Shown: positions 1 through 7,872, counted from the first letter of the stretch. The stretch: 17,853 nucleotides of DNA from Candidatus Wallbacteria bacterium (GCA_022703765.1 JAKJHQ010000001.1:1-17853); one strand, 5' to 3'. Numbers and translations: made by a program. The notes: generated from the letters alone by a model not told the origin.

Positions 1-2867
1 AAATTTGTCGTACTCGTCCGCTGGCGCATTCTCTTTTCTAACGCGTCAATTAAATTATCGCGCTTTTCAGCGATTTCGTCTTCTATCGCAAATATGTGCT
101 CGCGCATTTTCCGCTTTTTCTGCTCTAGCTTTGCGATCTGCTCCTGCAGGCCTCCCTGTTCCTCGAGAGTGGGCGCCTGCCTCGCCTGACGCTGAAGTTC
201 GCGTATCTGACGCTTTATGTCGTCGAGCTCCTTCTGGGCGGCAATCTCCATATCCTCGGCCCATTTATCGAGCTGGTCGCGAGCTTCGCTGAAGTGGCGA
301 TTATTTTCTTCAAGGTTTCTGGCGATCGTCGCATTGACATGACGCTCGGTTTCAAGTCTCAGTCTTTCGGCCGTTTTACCGTCGATTTTATCGAGCGCCT
401 GATTTACCGAAGCACCGCAGTTGAATAGTTTTTCGCATGTCTGATGATCTATATTGCCGCCGGAATCGTCAAAAGCTGAAAAGAGCAAATATTCATCACT
501 TTCAAACGAATCGATCTTTAAATGTGATAAATTAAGCCAGCCGGCCTTTCCTTTTAGGCCTTCAATGACGGTATTTTTAAAAGCATGGTTCGTAACATCG
601 AATGATACTTCCGAAGGCGGGCAATCGGCGTCTTTAGCGCGGTTTATTGAAAATTCGCCGAGCGGATGGCTCAGGCGGTATAAAAATTCACCGAGCGCAT
701 TATCTTTGTTTTTGGATATCAGATAATATGTTCCGATAGAAATTTTCTTGTCGGGTGTTTTAGAGAGCGCGAAGGCGAGTTTTTCATCGTCGAATTTAGC
801 GAACTCCGCGAGTGAATATTTCGTTACCGCCCAGAACAACCGGCCTATACGGTCTAATTTATCACGAGTGCCGAGTAAATTGACTTTAAGACGCTCATGA
901 ACGTCTTCATCGAAATGCTCGAGCAATAATTTACGGGTGTCCTTCATCTTAATCTTTATCTGTTCGTCAAGCTCCGCCTGCAATTTCGCGAACGCCGCTT
1001 CTATTTCGGCCGTACTCCTGCACTGCTGGTATATCTCGAGCACACGCCGCTCGAAATCGACGCCCGATTCAATCGAGCCCAGAACGTCGTCTGACGCGCC
1101 GAATAACCCTGTAAATAGATTAAACTTGTTTTCGAGCAATTCGTAAACACGCCTGTCGGCTTCGTTTTTTTCGTTTAAAAAATTGATGACGACGACGTCA
1201 TGCTTCTGACCATAACGGTGACATCTTCCTATGCGCTGCTCGATTCGCTGAGGGTTCCAGGGCAGATCGAAATTTATCACGAGCGAGCAGAATTGAAGGT
1301 TAATACCTTCAGAAGCCGCTTCTGTGGCGAGCATTATGCACGATTCATCACGGAAATGGTCAATTATGGCCGTGCGCGAATCGATGCTGCGCGATCCTGA
1401 AACGCGACCGGTTTTTTTGTTTTTTTCAACCCACTGGTTATAAATCGAAGTCGAGCCTGCGTCGTCATTGCTTCCATTGAATAACAATACTTTACCCGCA
1501 TAGCCGCTGGCCTCGAGAAATTCTTTAAGATAGTCCTGCGTTCTTCGCGATTCGGTAAAAATTACGGCTTTTTTAGCCGCGCCCATTTCTTCCATTTTTG
1601 TAAAGCCTATTTCAAGCGCTTTGATCAATGCTTTCGCTTTGGTATCGACGCCTATTCCTCGCGCCCAGCGAATGTAGCCCTCGATTTCGTCGATTTCGGC
1701 TTTTAATTTATTAATATCGATTTTCGGTTCTTCGGTATTGGCCGCTTCAAGCGCCTCATCGGATTTTTCTACTTCAAAGTCTTCCTCGTCTTCGAGTATT
1801 TCATCGAGCAGATCGTCGTCAAGCGTTTCATTCAATATCAATCGGTCAACGACGCCGGCATTTTTTTGGGTTTCTTCGAGAAGCCGCTTCAATCTGTCGC
1901 GCATGATCTCAAGAGTGCCGGCTACGGCCCGCGGCGACGACGCCAGAACTTTACGCACGATCAAAATCAAAAGATGCTTTTGGTTGTTCGGTATTGCATA
2001 ATTGTCATCTTTTTTTAAAAAGTCGGAAATGGCCTCGTATAATTTATGCTCCTGATCGGTAGGTTTAAAAGGCCTTGTTATAAGTTTTCTTTCGGTATAG
2101 CGAATGTATTCGAGCACCTGGCGCCGTAAAGTCCGCCAGCAGAAAGACCTGATTCGATGGCGCAGCCCTTCCAGATCGCCGCCGTAATTTACATATTGCG
2201 TCCGAAACGATGGAAGATCGCCGAAAAATCTTTCATCTATCAGCAGTGAAAGCCCGTATAATTCGAGCAGTGAGTTTTGCAGCGGCGTCGCCGTCAGCAA
2301 TACTTTTCGCCGGTCTTCGGTCGCCCATTTGATCTTCTGGCCTATGCGGTTACTCTGACGATAAGAGTTTCTTAACTTGTGCGCTTCATCTATTACCACA
2401 AGGTCCCAGGGCGTCTGTTTTATCACGTCAGCCTTCGCTCCGGCAAAATGCATGGAACAAACTACAACGGCATTATTTTTAAACGGATCAGGGTTTCCGT
2501 TTTTAACCTGTTCGCGGTGCGTTTTGGCATCGAGAACGGTCGTCGGAAGGTTGAATTTTTCTGAAAGCTCGATCGCCCATTGTTTTCTGATCGACGCTGG
2601 AGTGATTACAAGAATTTTTCTGCGCCTTTCAGCCCAATGCTGGCATATCACAAGCCCGGCTTCGATGGTCTTGCCTAGCCCGACTTCATCCGCCAGCAAA
2701 ACACCCTTAGAAAGAGGCGAGCGCAGAGCGAATATGGCAGCTTCTATCTGGTGCGGGTTCAAATCGACGCAGGCGTCGAAAAGCGCATTGCCGAGGCGGT
2801 CGATAGACCGGCCGCCGGTGCGCGAAAGCTCATAAGCGAAGTATTTGGCGTGAAATGGAGTGGTCAT
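1..2867 (-). CDS. SNF2-family (DEAH-box) helicase with a C-terminal coiled-coil extension. It is 3'-partial: the C-terminus lies beyond the window start.
   Basis: I translated the reverse complement by eye from the ATG at 2867-2865. The N-terminus reads MTTPFHAKYFAYELSRTGG...DLNPHQIEAAIFAL...LLADEVGLGKTIEAG (SNF2_N motif I, Walker A). A DEAH box (VVIDEAHKLRN) and a TATPLQNSLLELY block follow. The Helicase_C motifs ATEAASEGINLQ and WNPQRIEQRIGRCHRYGQ lie near nt 1200-1500. No stop appears in this frame down to position 1. The plus-strand ORFs the track lists in this region are shadow ORFs. Confidence 0.85.
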   Translation of the reverse strand, partial: MTTPFHAKYFAYELSRTGGRSIDRLGNALFDACVDLNPHQIEAAIFALRSPLSKGVLLADEVGLGKTIEAGLVICQHWAERRRKILVITPASIRKQWAIELSEKFNLPTTVLDAKTHREQVKNGNPDPFKNNAVVVCSMHFAGAKADVIKQTPWDLVVIDEAHKLRNSYRQSNRIGQKIKWATEDRRKVLLTATPLQNSLLELYGLSLLIDERFFGDLPSFRTQYVNYGGDLEGLRHRIRSFCWRTLRRQVLEYIRYTERKLITRPFKPTDQEHKLYEAISDFLKKDDNYAIPNNQKHLLILIVRKVLASSPRAVAGTLEIMRDRLKRLLEETQKNAGVVDRLILNETLDDDLLDEILEDEEDFEVEKSDEALEAANTEEPKIDINKLKAEIDEIEGYIRWARGIGVDTKAKALIKALEIGFTKMEEMGAAKKAVIFTESRRTQDYLKEFLEASGYAGKVLLFNGSNDDAGSTSIYNQWVEKNKKTGRVSGSRSIDSRTAIIDHFRDESCIMLATEAASEGINLQFCSLVINFDLPWNPQRIEQRIGRCHRYGQKHDVVVINFLNEKNEADRRVYELLENKFNLFTGLFGASDDVLGSIESGVDFERRVLEIYQQCRSTAEIEAAFAKLQAELDEQIKIKMKDTRKLLLEHFDEDVHERLKVNLLGTRDKLDRIGRLFWAVTKYSLAEFAKFDDEKLAFALSKTPDKKISIGTYYLISKNKDNALGEFLYRLSHPLGEFSINRAKDADCPPSEVSFDVTNHAFKNTVIEGLKGKAGWLNLSHLKIDSFESDEYLLFSAFDDSGGNIDHQTCEKLFNCGASVNQALDKIDGKTAERLRLETERHVNATIARNLEENNRHFSEARDQLDKWAEDMEIAAQKELDDIKRQIRELQRQARQAPTLEEQGGLQEQIAKLEQKKRKMREHIFAIEDEIAEKRDNLIDALEKRMRQRTSTTN

Positions 2868-2990
2868 TAATAATTCCGTCACTTAACCTGGATATTATAT
2901 AATACCGCTAAATTATACTATAATTTAAACAAAATATGAAGTAAAATTTGATAATTTAGCAATAAAAAAGCGACGAGTATTTTACTTATT
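2868..2990 (-). promoter_or_regulatory. AT-rich upstream region of the SNF2 helicase gene. It probably carries a sigma70-type promoter, including a minus-strand TATAAT around 2912-2917.
   Basis: A non-coding stretch with very low GC lies immediately 5' of the helicase ATG. On the minus strand the sequence reads ...tatagTATAATttagcgg.... I could not identify a clear -35 element. Confidence 0.3.
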
Positions 2991-3125
2991 CATGGCTCGG
3001 TTAAAATCCCGTATGCCTTATTTTTTCATGTGCTTATCTGAAAAAATTCGTCCATCGCCTCATATGGTATTTTTTCAATACCCTTGCTGGCGGCCGCTCG
3101 ATACCATTCGACCGGTTTGCCGCAT

Positions 3126-3159
3126 AGAAGTCTCGCCGGCGACTTCGAGAGACTTCAAT
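3126..3159. other. Near-perfect inverted repeat or hairpin (gaagtctc-N14-gagacttc, with an internal palindrome tcgccggcga) in the 290-bp gap between the FGE-like gene and the helicase promoter.
   Basis: Read directly from the sequence: gaagtctcgccggcgacttcgagagacttc. It has 8-bp arms and a self-complementary GC-rich core. No T-run follows, so it is not a canonical intrinsic terminator. Confidence 0.35.
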
Positions 3160-3282
3160 TATCGAAACGCTTAAATAACTGGCAATCCAGTCATGTGCTG
3201 ATGATTGTAGTTGCCGCTCATCATTGTGCCGTAACGAAAACACAAATATTTTTGTCATCGTCAATTTTGTTGAAATGTCATT

Positions 3283-4422
3283 TTAAGAAAGGCAAACTCT
3301 AAAACCGAGGCTGTTATTATGATATGAAGGGGTGAAATTAATATAGCGAAGGGCCGACCGGCAATTTTCGGGAAGGCTGTCCCAGCCGCCGCCGCGCGCG
3401 ACGCGATTAGATCCTGTGACGGGCCCTTCAGGGTCGGTCTGAAACTGTTTTGAATAACTGCCGTACCAATCGGCGCACCATTCCCAGACGTTGCCGCACA
3501 TGTCATATAATCCCCATTTGTTGGGTTTTTTAAGCCCTACCGGGCACGTCGATTTTGAATTCCCTGCATACCAGCAGTAATTTCCGTCAAAATCATATCC
3601 CCAGTAATGCGTCGAAGCAGTTCCGGCGCGGCATGCATATTCCCACTCGGCCTCGGAAGGCAGATGGAATTTTTCTTCAGCCAGTTTCATGCCGTTGAGT
3701 TTCACAATGAAATTCCGGCAATCGTTCCAGGAAACATTTTCCACGGGATGATTACGGCTCTTTTTAAAATGGCTCGGGTCGCTTTTCATGATTATTTTAT
3801 ATTGTTCACGGGTCACCGGGTATTTGCCGATCCAGAATCCTTTCGTGATTTTGACTTTATGCGCCGGCTTTTCATCATCGCGCCCGTTATCATCGCCCAT
3901 TATAAAAGCGCCAGGCGCAATATACAACATGTCGAGCGCAACGCCGGCGCCTAAATAAAAAGACCTGGCGGCGCCGGTTTTATAAACCTTAATTACAGGC
4001 GGATCAGCCGATGAATTTTCTTTTCGAGTGTAATTATCGCGGCCGTCGCGGCTATCGTTGCCATTGCGGTAATCATCCTCACGATTTGAATTGGATCGGT
4101 TAAAACGATCTTCAGTGATCAATTTCAAAGATAGCGCGATCAGATTAACCGTCGAACCGGCTAATTCGTTTTTTAATCCATGTTCTTCGGCTAAACGATT
4201 GGCAAGCCTTTTCAACAAGGACTCCAGCGGGATATTTTCGTTATAACTCAGCAATTCTTTCGCTACCCCGCTTCGAACCGCGGCCATGACAAGGTTTATC
4301 TCACGCTTATAAGCGCCGCAAAGGTCCTTTAGCAGACCTTCGAGCCTTTTTTCGTCAAGGTATATCAGATTTCCATGATTTTCTAATATTTCGAAAAGTT
4401 TAATTTTTACTAGATCATTCAT
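3283..4422 (-). CDS. Two-domain protein. The N-terminal ~100 aa form a helical adaptor-like domain that is shared with the TPR protein at 9156-10307. The C-terminal part is a formylglycine-generating-enzyme-like (FGE-sulfatase/SUMF1/DUF323) domain.
   Basis: A 379-aa ORF. The C-terminal part carries FGE-family hallmarks: HKVKITKGFWIGKYPVTREQY, VSWNDCRNF, LPSEAEWEYACRAG, YDMCGNVWEWCADWY, RVARGGGWDS and a terminal GFRVCLS. The start ATG overlaps the stop of the upstream gene in an ATGA arrangement at 4419-4422, which indicates translational coupling. Confidence 0.8.
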   Translation of the reverse strand: MNDLVKIKLFEILENHGNLIYLDEKRLEGLLKDLCGAYKREINLVMAAVRSGVAKELLSYNENIPLESLLKRLANRLAEEHGLKNELAGSTVNLIALSLKLITEDRFNRSNSNREDDYRNGNDSRDGRDNYTRKENSSADPPVIKVYKTGAARSFYLGAGVALDMLYIAPGAFIMGDDNGRDDEKPAHKVKITKGFWIGKYPVTREQYKIIMKSDPSHFKKSRNHPVENVSWNDCRNFIVKLNGMKLAEEKFHLPSEAEWEYACRAGTASTHYWGYDFDGNYCWYAGNSKSTCPVGLKKPNKWGLYDMCGNVWEWCADWYGSYSKQFQTDPEGPVTGSNRVARGGGWDSLPENCRSALRYINFTPSYHNNSLGFRVCLS

Positions 4423-4808
4423 CGGTCGCTACCGGAGCTGATGTTATCGATTGAGCCGGACAGTTCGCCTTTGCCGCCGCACCAGCGGCACGTCACGAAT
4501 TTTACGACGCCGTCCCAGCAGTTAATTTTGCCGCAGGAGCATTTGAATATACCTTTCGACTCGCAATAAGGGCAGCCTTTGTAAGTTTCACCAAAATCAA
4601 AACTGCCGGCTATCGTTGTTTTATCGTAGCCTTCTTTGCTGGCCTGGTTTTCTTTTACCGGAAACGCCCAATCGCCAATCCATCGGTTCCGTGATTTTTC
4701 CTCGAACCGTATGCCGTAGAGCTTGCCGGTTTTAAGGCAGCGAACGGCCGCGACGGCCACGTTAAGAAGCGGAAAGCCTTTTTCTTTATTTTCCCTGAAC
4801 TCGTTCAT
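4419..4808 (-). CDS. Small Cys-rich zinc-ribbon protein and fourth gene of the TerY-P-type operon.
   Basis: A 129-aa ORF containing CPYC...CSCGKINCWDG...CRWCGGKG. It lies 4 bp after the kinase stop and overlaps the next start. Its C-x-C-G...C-W-D pattern resembles the zinc ribbon in the C-terminal tail of the kinase (CKCGAEN...CWDC). Confidence 0.6.
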   Translation of the reverse strand: MNEFRENKEKGFPLLNVAVAAVRCLKTGKLYGIRFEEKSRNRWIGDWAFPVKENQASKEGYDKTTIAGSFDFGETYKGCPYCESKGIFKCSCGKINCWDGVVKFVTCRWCGGKGELSGSIDNISSGSDR

Positions 4809-4812
4809 TATG

Positions 4813-6129
4813 CTACGCCCTTATTTCGCCCGTGGCTTTGCCGAAGTTGATCTTCAGGCCGTTAAGTATCGGCGCGTTCCTGCCGGGCTCAACGTCTTTT
4901 AAAGTGCCGTCCGGCATTGTGATATTCCACTTTTCGCTCGAATCGTTCTTCAGACCCCATTGCCCCGGTTTATTCGGGTTTTGATTCACTTCGGCCACTA
5001 ATATTGAAAAATCGAAGATCTTACTGTGATCGTCGATGTGGTGAGGATGGATTTTAGTGTCGTAGTTGAGCATCACTATATTGCCGCCGATATTTATTCT
5101 CGGAGGAAGCGTCATCGCTTTCCGGCAATCCCAGCATGTAAGTGATTTATTCTTTTGAAGTTTTTCCTTATCATAAAAATTCTCGGCGCCGCACTTGCAG
5201 TACATTACCGAGTCGAGAAGCCTTATCAGGGCCATGCGCCATTCGCTTTCGCGCACCCGGCCGTTGACCGGATCTTTTATTCCGGTAGTAAAGGCTTTCA
5301 TGAAAAGGTTCTTGATGAATTCCGGATAAATATCCCAGAAGGCGATGGCGTTGTCGTGATAACCTTTTACCGGCCGGTTGGAGTCGTCCGCCGGATCGTA
5401 AATAAAGACGGGCTCGGTGCCGTAAAGTTTGTTCATGGCCGGCAGGTCGAAACATTTGATGTCCGACTCTTTCTTGCCCTCGAGCGGATGGCTGGTCATG
5501 AGTATGTAAAATAAAAGAACGGCGAGGGAGTAAAGATCGGTATCCTTGTTCGGCTTCGAATCGCCGCGAACGACCTCGGGCGCCATGAAGCGGGGAGTAC
5601 CGAGAACTCCGCCGTCGCTCTGGCCGTCAATCGACACGTTATCGTTGTCGCATATCAGGACTTCGCCCGTATTCGGGTCGAAAAAAGCATTGCCGAATGA
5701 AATATCCCTGTAGCAAAGGCCTTTTGAATGAAGCTGAAGAAAGCTGTTGGCTAGTTCGAAACCGACCCTCACGAGCACCGCTAATTTTGGCGATATGCGG
5801 CGTTTCATGAGGTCCACTATATTGCCGAACCTTTTCTCGCGCAGCGGCATGACGTATCCAAATCCGGGCGTTGACGACTCAGTGACGATCTCGGCCGGCC
5901 AGAGGAACCTGGCGTTAGGCGCGCCTTTTTCGATTAGTTTTTCAAGCGCGGTTCGCTGCTGAGGAGTGGCTGAATTAGGATAATACCATTTCAGCGCGAC
6001 CGCCTGCCCGCCCAGATCGGCCTTATAAACTTCGCCCTGGCCGCCGCCGCCTAAAAATTCTCCCACGCGGCAGTCTAATTTGGATATTTCAGTCTTGACG
6101 ACCTGATTTTTTTTTAAGATCTCGCTCAT
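4813..6129 (-). CDS. Atypical Ser/Thr protein kinase (the TerY-P kinase) with a C-terminal zinc-ribbon-containing extension.
   Basis: Glycine loop LGGGGQGEVYKA and a VAIK-equivalent, VALKWY. The catalytic-loop motif is CYRDISFGN (YRD instead of HRD), and ICDNDN replaces DFG. An APE motif is present (GTPRFMAPE). A C-terminal ~150 aa segment contains CKCG...CWDC. Confidence 0.85.
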   Translation of the reverse strand: MSEILKKNQVVKTEISKLDCRVGEFLGGGGQGEVYKADLGGQAVALKWYYPNSATPQQRTALEKLIEKGAPNARFLWPAEIVTESSTPGFGYVMPLREKRFGNIVDLMKRRISPKLAVLVRVGFELANSFLQLHSKGLCYRDISFGNAFFDPNTGEVLICDNDNVSIDGQSDGGVLGTPRFMAPEVVRGDSKPNKDTDLYSLAVLLFYILMTSHPLEGKKESDIKCFDLPAMNKLYGTEPVFIYDPADDSNRPVKGYHDNAIAFWDIYPEFIKNLFMKAFTTGIKDPVNGRVRESEWRMALIRLLDSVMYCKCGAENFYDKEKLQKNKSLTCWDCRKAMTLPPRINIGGNIVMLNYDTKIHPHHIDDHSKIFDFSILVAEVNQNPNKPGQWGLKNDSSEKWNITMPDGTLKDVEPGRNAPILNGLKINFGKATGEIRA

Positions 6130-6188
6130 AATATCAACCTTTTTACTTCGCGAAAATTTTTGTGAACTAAACTTTTCGAGTTATTACC

Positions 6189-7112
6189 CTATATGTATTT
6201 TTTGTAGTCTTTTATTATCATTCCCAGAGTGACGTCGTCGCCCGACATTTTAGCCGAAGCTTCCAGCCATTCCCTGATGCTGCATTCTGTCGAGACCGCG
6301 CCTTCGCTTCGTAAAATGTCCAGAATGTCCTTTCCTACCTTAAAAAAATTATCATCATCACGGAATGAGTTGGAATAACCGTCGGTCGAGATCAGTATCA
6401 GCTCGGGAAATTTAAAATCAGCATTCACCGGGTAGAATTTAATTCGGAACTCGTTCCACGGGTCTTTCGAACAAAACGAAGTGGTTTCGTTGGCGATGAG
6501 TTTTTCGTCCCTGGCGACCGCCCTGACCGTCGTTCCGTCCTCGTAAACGCTTAAAATATCGCCGTCGCCGAGCTGCATGTAAAACATGAACGCATTATGA
6601 ATGCCGGCCATCAGAAGCGTCGAACCGTAAACTATTTTATTGTCCTTTAAAACTGCCTCGACGGACCTCGCATCCGACTTTTTCTCTAATTCCTTCAATT
6701 CTTCTTCGGTAAACGGGTTTCTTGAAACGTCGGTCTCGACCTCTTCGCGCCAGGCCTGAACGATCTTACGCGGGAGCCTGTTCTCGAGTTCGTCTTTGAT
6801 AAGGGACAGATTGTCGATATTATTCTTCGAGCATTCGTCAAAAAAATCCCTGACGGCTCTCACGGCTACTTTGACCGCATACTCCGAGCCGGTATGGCTT
6901 CTGAAACTCTTGACGCTTCCATGGCCGTCGGATATGGCCAGGACCAGAGGAATTGTATGGCCGGCAGCACATTCCGTCACCCAGTGGTTTTCGGCGTCCT
7001 GATTCTTGAGCCCCACCCGGGCGTGGGACGAGCCTATGACGCTTCCTGATATGATATTCCACGAAACGATCTTTTTATCGATCTGGTCGGGCATAAATTT
7101 TTCGATCACCAT
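6189..7112 (-). CDS. PP2C-family Ser/Thr phosphatase (the TerY-P phosphatase).
   Basis: PP2C motifs are present: GLKNQDAE, LAISDGHGS, QLGDGDI and ISTDGYSNSF. The start overlaps the vWA gene end by 7 bp. Confidence 0.85.
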   Translation of the reverse strand: MVIEKFMPDQIDKKIVSWNIISGSVIGSSHARVGLKNQDAENHWVTECAAGHTIPLVLAISDGHGSVKSFRSHTGSEYAVKVAVRAVRDFFDECSKNNIDNLSLIKDELENRLPRKIVQAWREEVETDVSRNPFTEEELKELEKKSDARSVEAVLKDNKIVYGSTLLMAGIHNAFMFYMQLGDGDILSVYEDGTTVRAVARDEKLIANETTSFCSKDPWNEFRIKFYPVNADFKFPELILISTDGYSNSFRDDDNFFKVGKDILDILRSEGAVSTECSIREWLEASAKMSGDDVTLGMIIKDYKKYI

Positions 7113-7807
7113 ACGTCGCCAGAACCGGCGGGATCCTGGGCCGGCGCCTGCGGAATAGGAACGTTGGTCGAGCCGTTCTGGGCGTCTTTAGCCTGGCTGG
7201 CAGGCGCGGAAGCCGATTTAAGGACGGCGGTAGAGACCCATTTAATATATTTAACGAGCGATTCGGGATTATTCGCCTCGAGCGGCTTTATCTCCGGATG
7301 GCCGATGAACTTCTGCAGCACGTCTTTATCGGCATCGGAGCCTATGGCTATCGATATGCGGACCGATTTTCTGCCCCAGGGCAGATCCATAAGTTCTTTC
7401 AGGCCGGACGCATAATCGTCCGTCGGCTGGCCGTCGGAGATCAGTACCAGCACGGGAGGCAGCGCCCTGTCCGACATCGGGGGGATCTTTAACTGTTCAG
7501 CCGTCATTTTAAGCGCGTGGCCGAGATCGGTAACGCCATCCGCGCTGAGGTCGGACCATTTGAAATCTCTGACCGGCGTCGGCTGCGTAATGTGCCACTG
7601 GGCACCGCTGGAAAACTTTATGGCGCGCACCAGCACTTCGGCGTTGGGGTTCTCGTCCGCTACTTTTTGCATGTGAGGTATAGACTCGCGTATTGCGTTA
7701 TTCAGAGACTGGATTTTGCCGTCAACACTCATCGAGCCCGAGCAGTCGCAGATCCATATAAAATGAAGCGGACGGGTCGCAAGCTCGCCGCCTGGAAGTT
7801 TTGCCAT
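7106..7807 (-). CDS. TerY-like von Willebrand factor A (vWA) domain protein, the first gene of the TerY-P triad.
   Basis: A MIDAS motif (DCSGSMS, i.e. DxSxS) follows a hydrophobic strand (HFIWICD). The vWA motif LVLISDGQPTDD is present. On the minus strand a GGAGGA RBS (plus-strand tcctcc at 7817-7822) sits about 9 nt upstream of the ATG. Confidence 0.85.
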   Translation of the reverse strand: MAKLPGGELATRPLHFIWICDCSGSMSVDGKIQSLNNAIRESIPHMQKVADENPNAEVLVRAIKFSSGAQWHITQPTPVRDFKWSDLSADGVTDLGHALKMTAEQLKIPPMSDRALPPVLVLISDGQPTDDYASGLKELMDLPWGRKSVRISIAIGSDADKDVLQKFIGHPEIKPLEANNPESLVKYIKWVSTAVLKSASAPASQAKDAQNGSTNVPIPQAPAQDPAGSGDVW

Positions 7808-7842
7808 AATTAATCATCCTCCCGTATATTTCGAATAAGATT

Positions 7843-7872
7843 ATTATAATATCTAATACGGAGGGTTGTCAA
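7843..7872 (-). promoter_or_regulatory. Near-consensus sigma70 promoter for the vWA-PP2C-kinase operon. The -35 TTGACA is at 7872-7867, followed by an 18-nt spacer and the -10 TATAAT at 7848-7843.
   Basis: Read on the minus strand: TTGACAaccctccgtattagataTTATAAT. The position is appropriate, about 35 nt upstream of the vWA ATG. Confidence 0.45.

Noticed and set aside
5-2835. Plus-strand ORFs (5-292, 454-726, 937-1146, 1200-1400, 1738-2001, 2377-2835, 2379-2564) and the minus-strand ORF 67-264
   Set aside because: They all lie inside the long minus-strand SNF2 helicase reading frame, whose translation shows every canonical helicase motif. They are shadow ORFs with low-complexity or Arg/Ser-rich translations.
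3607-3954. 115-aa plus-strand ORF
   Set aside because: It is antisense to the well-supported FGE-like gene and has no motifs. It is a shadow ORF.
5155-5514. Plus-strand ORF 5155-5514 and minus-strand ORF 5171-5455, inside the kinase gene
   Set aside because: They are alternative frames of the kinase coding region. The kinase frame carries the glycine loop, VAIK and APE motifs, so it is the real one.
6796-7062. Short ORFs overlapping the PP2C gene on both strands
   Set aside because: They are overlapped by the PP2C reading frame, which has clear motifs. They are Arg- and Pro-rich shadow translations.
7164-7813. Three plus-strand ORFs opposite the vWA gene
   Set aside because: They are antisense to the TerY-like vWA gene, which has a MIDAS motif. 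They have no supporting signals.
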